A stretch of DNA of 64,000 nt from Myxococcota bacterium (GCA_036338695.1 JAYZBQ010000048.1:128001-192000), one strand, 5' to 3'; counted from the stretch's first letter, positions 39,946 through 50,248 are shown. The notes: generated by a model from the sequence alone, not told the origin. Translations and numbers: made by a program.

Positions 39946-42851
39946 CGTACGAGCTCCCTGTAATAGCGATCAACCGCCGGCTTATCCGGCCCCGCAAAGC
40001 CCTCACGCCAGGCGTCCATAATCTCATCTCGCCAGGCTCCCGGAACCCCCTCATCAGCGTCTGGAATCTCGACGCGGTCACCCGAACGCCGACCGCGCCC
40101 GTCGCGTCCACCCGGCTGTTGTCCCGACCGCCCCTGAGACCCACCCGAGCCCCACGGCATCGGCATCCCGGAAGCGCCCTGGCCTTGACCGTTCTGCATC
40201 TGCTTCTCGAGCCCCTCAAGCGCTGAGAGCACACGCCCTTGGGCTTGATCTGCGCCTGGCGCATCCGCCTGCCCCAGCGCGCCGCCCGCAGCTGACGACG
40301 CCGCAGAGGCTTCGCCCATCGCCTTCATCGCCTCGTCCCCAAACATCGGCGCCATCTCGTTGAGCTCATTCATCATCTCAGCGAGCTTCTCGAGCCGGTC
40401 GCCCACGCCTTTCTGCTCGCGCTGCGCGCTGCGCAAGCGCTGGCGCTCCGCGCGGTTCATCAGCTGGTCTTCGTCTGGCAAGAGCCGCTCGAGCAGGGCG
40501 ATCGCCTCACCCACCCGCTCCATCGCCAGCCGTTGGTGGCGCTTCATTTTGGGCTCCTCGATCATGAACGCCAAGGTCTCGAGCAGCCCCTCGCTGCGGC
40601 GCAGCACCTCGAGCGCCTCCATAAAGCCGTCGGCAGCGAGCGCCTTATCGACAAACTGAAGCCGCTCATCGACCCCGTCGACACGCGACTTCATCCACGG
40701 GCCAAGACCGCTCATCTGCGAGAGCGACCCGCGCGCTTCAGCGAGCAGCTTCTGGAGCTTCTGACGCAGCTGATCGAGCCCACCAAAACGCTCCAGCTGA
40801 CGATTACGAGCCTCCTTGCGCAGGCGCTGAACGCCGGCGCGCAGCTTCTCTTGCTGATCGCGAATCATGCGCATCTGGTCTTGGATCGCCTTGCCCTTAG
40901 CGGCCGCTTCTCGCCACTCCTTGCCGCCAAAGCGCTCAGAGGCCCCTTTAACTTGTTTCTCGACCTGACCAAGCGCTTGGCTCATGGCGTCGAGCGCAGC
41001 GAGCGCCTCTTCCACCTTCCCTTGGCGCACCATCGCCTCGAGGTTGTCCAGCTCTTTCGCCACCGAGCGCTGCTCGAGGGCGTCGCGATTGATGTACTGG
41101 CGCCCGACGCGTTTTTCGAGCTTCGCCATCTTCTTTCCAAGCTCATCAAGGCGCCTCCTGATGGCGCGGATCGAGGCGATGATCTGCTCCTTGAGCCCCT
41201 CATCATCAGCCGACGCTCGATACCGCTCGACCAGCTTCTGCAGCGCCGCTCGCTCACGCTTGACCTCTTGCTGGAGCCGATTGAGCTGGCTCAAGCGGCG
41301 CTTGCTGACCAGGTCATCAAGGAACAGGAGGTCTCGCTCCATGCGGTTCTCCATCTGAGCCGCCGTAACCTGCCCGGCTCCATAACGCTCGGTCGCTTCG
41401 GTCAGTCGTGTGACCACCATCGAGACCGCCCGCTCGAGATCGCCGGCGTCCAAGCGTCGGTCGCTGAGCTGCTTGGCGAGCTTGTCGCCCTTCTTGAGCG
41501 CTACCGCCGTCGCCTTGACCCACGCCGGCGCCGGCTCGCTGCGCAGCAGCAACGGCGCCAAGCGATCGGTCAGCGACTCGACGAAGCGGTCGAGCTGAGC
41601 GAGCAGCTCATCCAGCCGCTTGCTCGGGTCGAACAGGTGGATGCGATGCCACCGGCTGCGCCCGGTACGCGGCCCCGTGACGTTGTTGTTGTCCGCCATC
41701 TCGACGACCCAGTTGAGCGTATCGCCAGGGCGCATCCCGAGCTCACTCAGGATCAGGACCCCCTTATGACGAATGTTGGCGCCCAATCGGTCGAGCTTGA
41801 TCGGTCGCCGAACCTCCTCGGCGCTACCCTCCATCCGCGTGATCAGCTCGGCGGAGGCGATCCCATGATCATCCTGCGCCTCGATCAGGTACTCCACCTC
41901 CTTAGCGGTCTCGAGCTCGAGTGGCTGCTCAGGGAAACGGCGGAGCACTTTGGGCGGCTGATCAGGGTATACCTTCAGCCCATGCCCTTCTCGCTCAACC
42001 GCCTCCTCGCCGCCGACGGTGAGCGCAAAGCGATAGGTGCCGGAGGTGCGCGCCACAAAGCGCCCCGTCAGGGTGCCTCCCTCGTTCACATCAAGCACCA
42101 CGCGCACGCCATCGACCAGCAGCGCAGCAGCCTCTGGGGCGCGTGCAAGACTCGGCGTCACGGTGAGCTCCACCTCAGTGCCTTCGGGGACCTCAAGCTC
42201 ACCGTCGCTGCCGAGCAGCTGCTCGGGCGACCGGTTGAGGTAGGCGGGGTAATGGAGCGTGAAGTCGAGCTGGCGCAGCTGCGCGAGCCCACGCTGCGCC
42301 GCCGCCTGTTGCGCGCCCGTCGACCACTGATCGAGGAACCGCTGCGAGGCGCTCGGCCAGGTCAGCGCTGCGCTCACGGCGGTCACCAACCACAAACCGG
42401 CTGCGCCGATCACCCAACGACGGTTTAGATCATACAGAGGTTCTTTCTCGACCCCGCTTAGGTCGGTTGTCCCGCCACGAATCGCGAGGGCCACCGCCTC
42501 GTCACTGCCCGCTGCGATCCGCCCAAACGCAAGCTCGGTTGCGCTGACCTGAGCGGGCGTTAGCTGCCCGCTCACCACCAGCCGCGCTACCACCTCGCGT
42601 GCGCTCAAAGCGCCCCACCGGTTCCGCTGCAGCCGACGAAGGATCCAAGGCAGCGCGCTCAGCGCGACCACCAACGTCACCAGCATCACCTGGCGCCCAG
42701 CGATCCACTCAGAGGCTGTGACGAGAGCCAACACAAACGCAAGCTGAGCGAGCCCGAGGCCAGCGGCGAGCAGCGCCACGTGATCACGCCATGCGAGCCG
42801 TGCGCGCAGGCTGGCGATCCCTTTCCTTATCTGCTCAGCTTCGCTCTGCAT
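39942..42851 (-). CDS. DUF4175-like membrane protein with Ig-like and long coiled-coil regions
   Basis: N-terminal TMs, YPAYL, VPEGT, DQPP, AQDDHG, DNN motifs, C-terminal V-x-IP...YYREL. First gene of the MoxR operon. Confidence 0.75.
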   Translation of the reverse strand: MQSEAEQIRKGIASLRARLAWRDHVALLAAGLGLAQLAFVLALVTASEWIAGRQVMLVTLVVALSALPWILRRLQRNRWGALSAREVVARLVVSGQLTPAQVSATELAFGRIAAGSDEAVALAIRGGTTDLSGVEKEPLYDLNRRWVIGAAGLWLVTAVSAALTWPSASQRFLDQWSTGAQQAAAQRGLAQLRQLDFTLHYPAYLNRSPEQLLGSDGELEVPEGTEVELTVTPSLARAPEAAALLVDGVRVVLDVNEGGTLTGRFVARTSGTYRFALTVGGEEAVEREGHGLKVYPDQPPKVLRRFPEQPLELETAKEVEYLIEAQDDHGIASAELITRMEGSAEEVRRPIKLDRLGANIRHKGVLILSELGMRPGDTLNWVVEMADNNNVTGPRTGRSRWHRIHLFDPSKRLDELLAQLDRFVESLTDRLAPLLLRSEPAPAWVKATAVALKKGDKLAKQLSDRRLDAGDLERAVSMVVTRLTEATERYGAGQVTAAQMENRMERDLLFLDDLVSKRRLSQLNRLQQEVKRERAALQKLVERYRASADDEGLKEQIIASIRAIRRRLDELGKKMAKLEKRVGRQYINRDALEQRSVAKELDNLEAMVRQGKVEEALAALDAMSQALGQVEKQVKGASERFGGKEWREAAAKGKAIQDQMRMIRDQQEKLRAGVQRLRKEARNRQLERFGGLDQLRQKLQKLLAEARGSLSQMSGLGPWMKSRVDGVDERLQFVDKALAADGFMEALEVLRRSEGLLETLAFMIEEPKMKRHQRLAMERVGEAIALLERLLPDEDQLMNRAERQRLRSAQREQKGVGDRLEKLAEMMNELNEMAPMFGDEAMKAMGEASAASSAAGGALGQADAPGADQAQGRVLSALEGLEKQMQNGQGQGASGMPMPWGSGGSQGRSGQQPGGRDGRGRRSGDRVEIPDADEGVPGAWRDEIMDAWREGFAGPDKPAVDRYYRELVR

Positions 42852-42980
42852 CTTGCCTTTCCAACGCCTTTTGGGCGAAGTCGGACTTAAGCACAACACG
42901 GCAACTCAGACGGAGCTTCCACCGCCTTTGCTTTTCAGCCCAATCCACCTCACTTGGACGTTGTTTGAATAGGATGCTGC

Positions 42981-43613
42981 ATGTCGTCGTCGATCTCTGA
43001 GGAGAAAGAACGCTCAAAGGACGAAGAGCAGGCGCTCATCGCCCGAGCCTCAAAGGGAGATCACGCAGCTTTTCAAAAGCTTGTGGAGCGTTACCAAGGG
43101 AGGATGTTCGCCGTGGCGCTGCAGTTTGCGAACGATCGAGATCGAGCCGAAGAGCTCGTCCAAGAGGCGCTCGTGCGCGCCTGGACTAACCTCCCTCGCT
43201 TTCAAGGCGGCGCCAGCTTTTTCACGTGGGTCTACCGGATCATGCACAACCTCAACATCGACCACCACCGACGCCAGCAGCGTCGCAAGGTCGGTGAGTA
43301 CGACGACTCGGTCGGTCGCGCCATCGTCGAGCATGGGGTGGGTCACGCTGGCCAACCCCTCGAAGATGGCGCCCGAGCGACCCACCGAGCTCAGCTGCGC
43401 CAATTAATTTCGACCGGCCTCGAACAAATCTCAGAGGCCCATCGTCAAATCCTCGTGCTGCGTGAGATCGAAGAATTAAGTTACGAAGAGATCGCCGAGG
43501 CCATAGGGGTCCCCAAAGGGACGGTCATGAGCCGTCTCTTTCATGCGCGGCGTAAACTTCTGGAGGTGATGCAGCCGATGTTGGAGCGGGAGGATATCCA
43601 TGTGGAAGGATGA
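42981..43613 (+). CDS. ECF RNA polymerase sigma factor
   Basis: GDHAAFQKLVERY, FFTWVYRI, LREIEELSYEEIA, GTVMSRLFHARRKL. Confidence 0.95.
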   Translation: MSSSISEEKERSKDEEQALIARASKGDHAAFQKLVERYQGRMFAVALQFANDRDRAEELVQEALVRAWTNLPRFQGGASFFTWVYRIMHNLNIDHHRRQQRRKVGEYDDSVGRAIVEHGVGHAGQPLEDGARATHRAQLRQLISTGLEQISEAHRQILVLREIEELSYEEIAEAIGVPKGTVMSRLFHARRKLLEVMQPMLEREDIHVEG

Positions 43614-44127
43614 CCTCGAGGGGTTGATGCTGCTTCACGACGGCGTGCTCGACGGCGAGCACGAGGCGCTCCTACGCGCGCGCATTCAGGACGAACCTGA
43701 GCTCGCTGAGCAATGGCGAAGGCTCACCGCGCTCAGTCAGGCGCTGGAGCACGAGCTGCAGGTTGAGCCGCCGCCGGACTTCGTACAAGATCTCATGGAG
43801 CAGGTGCGCCAGACACCTCAAGTTGCCCCAAGCCTTACGAGCCGGCTCTTTGAGTTTTTGAGCCGCCCGATCGCCGTCCCGGCGGCGGCGGTCGTGGCCG
43901 CGATCGCCTTGTGGTCGCTGGGGTTACCCGATGCGGTCACCCCGAGCCACGTCGCGGCGCCCGCTTCGGCCGCGGTCGGCGCGCCGCCGGAGGCGCTCGT
44001 AGCCGGTGAAACAGAGATCGAGTCAATCGATAACCCAACCGATTATAATGTACTGGTCCTCGCCGCGCCGGGCAGTCCGAATCGCATGATTTGGATCTCT
44101 CAGCGGCAGATCAGCGATGAGGGATAA
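43600..44127 (+). CDS. Putative anti-sigma factor (single TM)
   Basis: Overlaps the sigma gene. N-terminal LHDGVL anti-sigma-like helix without zinc ligands, TM, short periplasmic domain. Confidence 0.75.
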   Translation: MWKDDLEGLMLLHDGVLDGEHEALLRARIQDEPELAEQWRRLTALSQALEHELQVEPPPDFVQDLMEQVRQTPQVAPSLTSRLFEFLSRPIAVPAAAVVAAIALWSLGLPDAVTPSHVAAPASAAVGAPPEALVAGETEIESIDNPTDYNVLVLAAPGSPNRMIWISQRQISDEG

Positions 44128-44128
44128 A

Positions 44129-44563
44129 ATGATACGTTGCCTGACCCTTTCGTTCGCTGTCGCCTTCGGGTTCATGAGCTCGGACGCGGCGGCGCAGTCG
44201 CAGTACAAGATGAGCATCCGAGTGATCCACGCCACTAAGGACGGCACCCGGGTTGACCCAGGCGTCGTCGACCTCAAGGCGGACCTAGCTCAGCTCGCCT
44301 TTACCTCATTTAGGCTGCTCGATGGGCACACCAAAACGGTGTTTGACCGAGAGGTCGTCGCCTTGGAATTCCCTGGCTCGCGCTGGCTTGAGGTGCGCAC
44401 GCGAGGCGTCGCTAAAGACGGCTCCTTGAAGGTCTCGATGAAGGTCCGAGACCTGAAATTCAAGGCCAAGGCTAAGGTCGGCGCAGGCAGCACCGTTTTG
44501 CTCGGTGGCCCGCCCCACCAAAACGGCTCCATCATCTTAGCGGTGACCGCCACCCAGCTGTAG
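44129..44563 (+). CDS. Hypothetical exported protein in the ECF operon
   Basis: Signal peptide ending AAAQ, beta-rich domain ending LLGGP. Immediately follows the anti-sigma. Confidence 0.7.
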   Translation: MIRCLTLSFAVAFGFMSSDAAAQSQYKMSIRVIHATKDGTRVDPGVVDLKADLAQLAFTSFRLLDGHTKTVFDREVVALEFPGSRWLEVRTRGVAKDGSLKVSMKVRDLKFKAKAKVGAGSTVLLGGPPHQNGSIILAVTATQL

Positions 44564-45343
44564 CTACTGCCCTCGAAGGCGCGAGTTGGTCGAGCGCAAC
44601 CGCCGCACCAGCACGCGGCTCACCAGCTCAAAGAAGATGGCGCGAAACTCGTGATCCGCCGCCTGCAGCGTGTCTTGGCGGACCTTGAGCAACACAGACG
44701 TCTCGGTCGCAACGGCGCGTGCCTCACGCGGCTTGTTTTCAAGCATGCCCATCTCTCCAAAGATGCCGCCGCTGGTGACCGCCTCAAGCTCCGTCTCACC
44801 CAGCCGCAGCGCGATCGAGCCGGCCAGGACGAAGAACATGGCGTCGGCCGCAGCGCCCTCCTCAAAAAGCACCTCATCTTCGTGAATCTGAACCGCGCTG
44901 GCACCGTGGAGTAGGTGCACCATCGCCGCTTCGCTAAAAGTCTGAAACCCAGGCGCCGCCAGCAGCCGAGATAAGAGCTGGTTCTCTTCGCGCGGTTTAC
45001 GATAGCGCGCCACCGCCTGGGTCAGCGCCGCCGCCGTGACCGGTGGTGGAACAACCTCGAAGCCCTCGTGCCCGCCCGCTGGATCTCCGGCGTCCCAACC
45101 GAGGAGAAAAACAGGCGCTTGAGACGCCTCTCGAAGGCTCGTGACCACCTCTTCATCAATCGTCAAGCCGGGCAAAGGACCATGCAAGATGATGAGCCCA
45201 TAGTCCTCGTTTTTGAGCTCGCTCAGGGCGCGCCAAAATTCAGGCAGGTAGACCAGGTTGTCGTAGCCGAGCGGCTTGAGCGCCCGCTCAAACAAGCGAC
45301 TCAGCGCTGAGCCGCCGCTGACATAAAGGACTTGCCGGCTCAT
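44564..45343 (-). CDS. Degenerate receiver + cyclic-nucleotide-binding domain protein
   Basis: LFEEG...MFFVLAG...IFGEMGML...PREARAVA cNMP fold, no HTH. N-terminal REC-like segment without acidic residues. Confidence 0.8.
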   Translation of the reverse strand: MSRQVLYVSGGSALSRLFERALKPLGYDNLVYLPEFWRALSELKNEDYGLIILHGPLPGLTIDEEVVTSLREASQAPVFLLGWDAGDPAGGHEGFEVVPPPVTAAALTQAVARYRKPREENQLLSRLLAAPGFQTFSEAAMVHLLHGASAVQIHEDEVLFEEGAAADAMFFVLAGSIALRLGETELEAVTSGGIFGEMGMLENKPREARAVATETSVLLKVRQDTLQAADHEFRAIFFELVSRVLVRRLRSTNSRLRGQ

Positions 45344-45345
45344 CG

Positions 45346-46965
45346 TCAGGACCCCTCCCTCTTGTAGAGGCTCACCATCGGTACCCCCTCCAGGCTCTCA
45401 ACCGCAACCAGTGTCGAGTCACTGCGTCCTCGCACGGCGCTCAAGATCCAGTCGCTGTCCGGCTGATGAAACGCAAACCACCAATCCGCCCGGCTGAGGT
45501 TCATGGTGAAGCGGAGGTCGCTCCGTAAGAGCCCCTCTCGCTGGTACGCCTTGAAGGCGTCTTCGTTGGTACGGTCCCAGAAGATCACGGCCCCCTGCTT
45601 GGCCTCTTCATTGATCTGGGCGAGCAGCTGACGGCTTGCGCCGCCCCAGAACTGGCGCTGGAACCCGAGCGACGCCGCGCCACGAAGCCCCCCGGCGAGC
45701 TCCGTGTAAGCGCCGATGCCGTGCGGGTGTGCGCGCGCGGTGCTCAAGGCACCCGGGGCCACCAACCCGGCGATCAACGCCACACCGTACAGAGCGTGAC
45801 GATGCATCAGCTGGCGCACAAGGGGCTGGCAAAACTGCGCAGCGAGCAGACAGCCAAAGGGCAGCGCGTTCATCCAATGCTTGGTGCCGCCGAAAATCGG
45901 GACGCTCGGTGCGGCGATCAAGACGACCGGGACCAACAGATTCAGAGCGATAAAGGCGGTGCGCCCGTCCTCTGGCTCGCGCCCCCACCACAGATCGCCC
46001 CACAGCGTCTTGAAGGCGCCGAACAAGCCGCCGAGCATCGTGACGACAAGCGGAAGCGACAGGGTCATCGCCCACATCACCCAAGGAAACCCCCGGGGAA
46101 AGGGCGGCTCCCAGAGGCTTTCGCCCCAATAACGCACCGGGTAGTGCTCATGGTGCAGATGAAAACCGAAATACCACGAGATCCGCCCGACGGGATCGGG
46201 CCACAGGTACGGCCAGTGCGCTAGAAACACGAGAGGACCGATCACGCCCATAAAGAACACCCACCAAGGGATGACCGGCAGCGCGAACCCATCGGCGCCA
46301 TCGGCCTGTGCTCGGCGAAAGCTCGTGAGCCACCGCTCACGGTGAATCCAGAGCCAATGAAAGAACAGCAAGATCGGGAAGAAGAGGACGTTGTGCTTGG
46401 TGGCGATCGCCAGCCCGAAGACCAGACCCAAGCGAAGGTGGTGCCCCTCTCGATAGAGCCACGCGAGCGCCACCGCCAACCACATCGTGGTCACGCCTGC
46501 GTCGAAACAAGCCATCTGACCGTGATAAAAGTAGCGCGGCGAGCCTGCGAGAAAAAGCGCCGCCAACCAGCCGACGGTCGGTCCACAAAAACCGACCCCG
46601 AGGAGGTAGGTCAGCGAGACGCCCAAGGCGCTCATCAACATGCCCGGCAGGCGCATCGCGCTGATCTCGGACATCCAGCCGAGCGCCTCGTGAAACAGAC
46701 CGTTCGATCCAGCGAACAGAACCTTCATCAGCACAGGGTGCTCGTGGTTGTAGCTCCAGTGGCGGTCGATCTCGGCGCGGGTGAAGGCTTTAGCTGGCGA
46801 GCTGGCGAGGACACGAAACCACCCTGAGTAGTCGTGCGCTGCTTTGAAGTAGTATCCCTCGTCGCGCGTCACGCCGGTCTGCAGCTGCGCCAAGAACAGC
46901 GCCAGCAGGTAGACGCAGCCCAAACCCAGCGCCGAGCGTCGATGCAACGAGCTGATCGCGTTCAT
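45346..46965 (-). CDS. GT-C (family 39 / ArnT-PMT-like) membrane glycosyltransferase
   Basis: TRDEGYY, EHPVLMK, MRLP, ACFD, ATKHN, many TMs. Confidence 0.8.
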   Translation of the reverse strand: MNAISSLHRRSALGLGCVYLLALFLAQLQTGVTRDEGYYFKAAHDYSGWFRVLASSPAKAFTRAEIDRHWSYNHEHPVLMKVLFAGSNGLFHEALGWMSEISAMRLPGMLMSALGVSLTYLLGVGFCGPTVGWLAALFLAGSPRYFYHGQMACFDAGVTTMWLAVALAWLYREGHHLRLGLVFGLAIATKHNVLFFPILLFFHWLWIHRERWLTSFRRAQADGADGFALPVIPWWVFFMGVIGPLVFLAHWPYLWPDPVGRISWYFGFHLHHEHYPVRYWGESLWEPPFPRGFPWVMWAMTLSLPLVVTMLGGLFGAFKTLWGDLWWGREPEDGRTAFIALNLLVPVVLIAAPSVPIFGGTKHWMNALPFGCLLAAQFCQPLVRQLMHRHALYGVALIAGLVAPGALSTARAHPHGIGAYTELAGGLRGAASLGFQRQFWGGASRQLLAQINEEAKQGAVIFWDRTNEDAFKAYQREGLLRSDLRFTMNLSRADWWFAFHQPDSDWILSAVRGRSDSTLVAVESLEGVPMVSLYKREGS

Positions 46966-47747
46966 CGGACCCACCCGGCGGCGAGACCAAGCTCCGCGTC
47001 CGTCCAACCGTCAAGCTGGACCTCAAGCTGGACGACCCCTTGGGCATCAGCGCGGCGCGCAAACGGCACCAACCCAGCGCGTCCACCCACATCCGCACGG
47101 ATCGGCTCCGCGTCAATCCAGCGATACGACGCCTGGCCCCGAGCGTGTCGCCGACCGTGTCCCGTCCACCCGAACCCGCCGACGAGTTGAGCGTTTGGCG
47201 CGCCTTGAAACCGGAGGGTCATCCGCTGCGCCTTGACCGTCACCTTTTGACCCCACGCAAAACGCCCATCAAACGCCAACTCGGTGGACGCGACGCGTCC
47301 CGACGCGTCCGAGCAGCGCGTGCGCTGAGCGCTCAATTGGCAGGCAGCCAGCGCCGGAAAAGCCCTCGGCGTGACCTGCGAGTCGCTGCCATAGAGCCGA
47401 GCGACGAGGCCCCCCGCCTCGACGACGCGGCGCACGGAGAAACCAGGCACAGGCGCCCAGCCAGGCGCACCCTGACGCTCAAAAACCCACAGACGCTCAA
47501 AGGGGCGACGCAGATCCTGAAGCCCAAGGCGCTGAGGATGGCTCGGGAGCTCCTCGGTGAGCGCAAGCGCCCAGTCCTGCTCCCACCCTGGGAGATAAGC
47601 GAGCTCATCGCCGGGCTCGACCTCCGCGCGCACCCGCTCGATCAGCGCCGCCCGGTCGTCGTCGCTCGGACGCTCCAGCCACGTCCAGAGTTGAACACTC
47701 CAGGCGACGGCGAGCGAGCCCACGATCAGCGCGGTTCGCACCATCAC
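46962..47747 (-). CDS. Hypothetical membrane-anchored protein
   Basis: ATGA overlaps at both ends, N-terminal hydrophobic anchor. Confidence 0.6.
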   Translation of the reverse strand: MMVRTALIVGSLAVAWSVQLWTWLERPSDDDRAALIERVRAEVEPGDELAYLPGWEQDWALALTEELPSHPQRLGLQDLRRPFERLWVFERQGAPGWAPVPGFSVRRVVEAGGLVARLYGSDSQVTPRAFPALAACQLSAQRTRCSDASGRVASTELAFDGRFAWGQKVTVKAQRMTLRFQGAPNAQLVGGFGWTGHGRRHARGQASYRWIDAEPIRADVGGRAGLVPFARRADAQGVVQLEVQLDGWTDAELGLAAGWVR

Positions 47748-48943
47748 CGAGCGCGGATCGCCAGCGCGCCGCTCAAGCCGACCATGACATCTACAACAGG
47801 CTCTTCGATACCGCCTAGCATACGTCGCATACGCCTTAACTTGAGCCAGGCAGCAAGCCCTTTAGTGATCTGCAGACGCCCTTCGCCTTGCGCATACCAG
47901 CTCGGCGGCTCGCGCCCGGTCTCCCAGCGACCGGCGGCAACGTAGAGCGCGCCGCGCTGAGCGACTGTCCAATTGAGGCGGCCCTCCAAGCGCTCCATGC
48001 TCTCATCGCCAAACGGGTCGCTCGAGGCACGCAGCGTCAGACCGTGACCTTCGACATGACGGAGCGTGACGTTGGCGCCAAACCCGAGGGCGTCGCTTGC
48101 GGGCGGTCTGACGAAGTGCTGCTCATGGCGAAAAAGGGCGTAGAGGTTGTCGTACGGCCCGGCGGGTAACCCATCCGGGCTCCGGCGGGTCTCAAGGCGC
48201 AGGTTCAGGCGCCATTGGCGCTCAAACCAGGTCGCCAAAACGCCGCCATGAAGTCGATGACGAGCCGCCCAGGCCGGCCCAAGGCCCATCACAGCGTCGA
48301 GGTAGAGCCCGACGCGGTGATCTCGCCAGCGCCACAGGCTCTCAACGTCCAAACCCAAACGTCCATCGAGCCCTCGCTCCTGAGGCGCAGCGGGGTCGGG
48401 ATCGATCGCGACGGTGGCGGCGACGCTCGGGATCCAGGTGCTGGTTTGATCGAGCGCCCTGAGCGCGTAACGCAGGTGCGAAAAGACCAAGCTCGGATCG
48501 GTGACTCGGTCGAGCGCCACTTCGACGGCGACACGCGGCGAGCGCCAGACTCCAGACAAGCCAGCCGCCGCATGGTCGGGATGCCCGCCCGCTCGATAAC
48601 CATCGATGATGCTGCCATGCCCCGCCGAAAGGACCAAGCGACCCCCGCGAAGCTCAAACTGGTCTCGCACCCACTCGAGCGACTCGAGCACCGACGAAAA
48701 GTCACCGAGCTGATCCCAATCGCTCTGGCGCAGCTTAGGGTCCGGCGTCAGGAGATAACGCACCGGAACAGCGAGCCGCAGCTTCCAGTCCTTCTCGACG
48801 AGACCGAGCTCTGCGCGCACCTCAATCCCAGCGCCTTGATCAAGATAGCCGACGCCCACACCCAACCCAGGCTGTGCGACGAGTCCGGCGACTAGAAGTT
48901 GAAGCGCAACGCCCACGAGTTCCTCCCGCTTAAAGGCTTGCAT
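47744..48943 (-). CDS. Hypothetical exported protein, possible outer-membrane beta-barrel
   Basis: Signal-like N-terminus and many alternating amphipathic strands rich in W/Y/L/R. Confidence 0.55.
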   Translation of the reverse strand: MQAFKREELVGVALQLLVAGLVAQPGLGVGVGYLDQGAGIEVRAELGLVEKDWKLRLAVPVRYLLTPDPKLRQSDWDQLGDFSSVLESLEWVRDQFELRGGRLVLSAGHGSIIDGYRAGGHPDHAAAGLSGVWRSPRVAVEVALDRVTDPSLVFSHLRYALRALDQTSTWIPSVAATVAIDPDPAAPQERGLDGRLGLDVESLWRWRDHRVGLYLDAVMGLGPAWAARHRLHGGVLATWFERQWRLNLRLETRRSPDGLPAGPYDNLYALFRHEQHFVRPPASDALGFGANVTLRHVEGHGLTLRASSDPFGDESMERLEGRLNWTVAQRGALYVAAGRWETGREPPSWYAQGEGRLQITKGLAAWLKLRRMRRMLGGIEEPVVDVMVGLSGALAIRAR

Positions 48944-48986
48944 CGGCCCATCGACTGGCTAGGTTGAATGCAAAGAGGAAGAAATC

Positions 48987-49844
48987 ATGTGGAATCAGTT
49001 TAAGACGCTCCTGCTCCTCGCGACCATCACGGGTCTCTTGGTCGTTGTCGGTGGGGTGATCGGCGGACGCGGCGGGATGATCCTCGGGCTTGGCCTCGGG
49101 GCGATGATGAACCTCGTGAGCTGGTGGAAGAGCGACTCACTCGTCATGGCGATGACCGGGGCGCGCGAGGTCCCGGAGGGCTCGATGCCCGAGCTCCATG
49201 CGATGGTGGGTGAGCTCGCGATGCGAGCCGGCATCCCACAACCCAAACTGCTCTACGTCGACGACGCGACCCCGAACGCCTTCGCCACAGGGCGGTCGCC
49301 TCAGAGGGCTGCGGTCGCTGTGACCCGAGGCCTCGTGCAACAGCTCGACGAGCGCCAGCTTCGAGGGGTCATGGCGCATGAGTTCGCCCACATTATCCAG
49401 CGCGATACGCTCATCTCGGCGATCGCCGCCACGGTCGCTGGGGCGATCACGCTGCTCGCCAATATGGCGCAGTGGGCTGCGCTCTTTGGGGGCGGACGTG
49501 ACGGCGAGCGTCACCCGCTGGCGCTGGTCGCGACGGCGCTCTTGGCGCCGATCGCTGCCATGCTCGTTCAGATGGCGATCAGCAGGACGCGCGAATACCG
49601 CGCCGACCGCGTCGGCGCCGAGCTCTGCCGAGATCCGTTGGCTCTCGCCTCGGCGCTTGAGGTGATCGATCAGACGGCACGCCGCCACGCGCAGCGGGGC
49701 ATGGTGCAAGCCAACCCGAGCACCAGCCATCTCATGATCCATGGTCTGAACTTCGGCGGCTTGGGGCGCCTCTTTGCGACCCACCCGCCGATTCCGGCGC
49801 GCGTGGAGCGGCTGCGACAGATGGCGAGTCGCCAAGCGTTCTAG
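48987..49844 (+). CDS. htpX: Zinc metalloprotease HtpX
   Basis: PNAFATGR, AHEFAH, SRTREYRAD, FATHPP. Confidence 0.95.
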   Translation: MWNQFKTLLLLATITGLLVVVGGVIGGRGGMILGLGLGAMMNLVSWWKSDSLVMAMTGAREVPEGSMPELHAMVGELAMRAGIPQPKLLYVDDATPNAFATGRSPQRAAVAVTRGLVQQLDERQLRGVMAHEFAHIIQRDTLISAIAATVAGAITLLANMAQWAALFGGGRDGERHPLALVATALLAPIAAMLVQMAISRTREYRADRVGAELCRDPLALASALEVIDQTARRHAQRGMVQANPSTSHLMIHGLNFGGLGRLFATHPPIPARVERLRQMASRQAF

Positions 49845-49921
49845 GCGACAGCCTCGCCGCTCGATCCTACTGGAACACCACAAGAAGCGACTGAGCACGG
49901 TCGTTGCGACCACCGTGCATC

Positions 49922-50248
49922 ATGCTGCACCTACCGCTCGTCCATCTACTCCTGCGCATCCCGCCACTGGTTCACCTGCTGTGGATCCACCCTCCGAGCG
50001 TCTGGCCGCTCGAATCGCTGGTGCTCATCTACCTCCAGATCAGCGCCACCACCGCCGGGCTCGTCTGGCGGTCAAACCCGTCCACACTGAGCGCCTGGCG
50101 GCAGCTCGAGGGGATGCACTGCTGCGGTTGGTTGATCGCCACGCTCTGGGGCTCCCTGGCGCTGCCACATGGTGGCGTCCTGTCGGCGCTGACGAGTCTG
50201 ATTGCCGCTTGTCTGATCCCCTCAACGCAGGGCACGAGACGGTCATGA
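49922..50248 (+). CDS. Possible small membrane protein
   Basis: Hydrophobic ORF filling the gap after htpX. Its stop overlaps the next start (ATGA). No family recognised. Confidence 0.35.
   Translation: MLHLPLVHLLLRIPPLVHLLWIHPPSVWPLESLVLIYLQISATTAGLVWRSNPSTLSAWRQLEGMHCCGWLIATLWGSLALPHGGVLSALTSLIAACLIPSTQGTRRS

Noticed and set aside
40533..42428. Long opposite-strand ORFs (e.g. 40533-42428 +, 56123-57388 +, 17115-18266 +, 31-717 +)
   Set aside because: Antisense shadows of real genes, as expected from high-GC codon bias. They carry no recognisable motifs.
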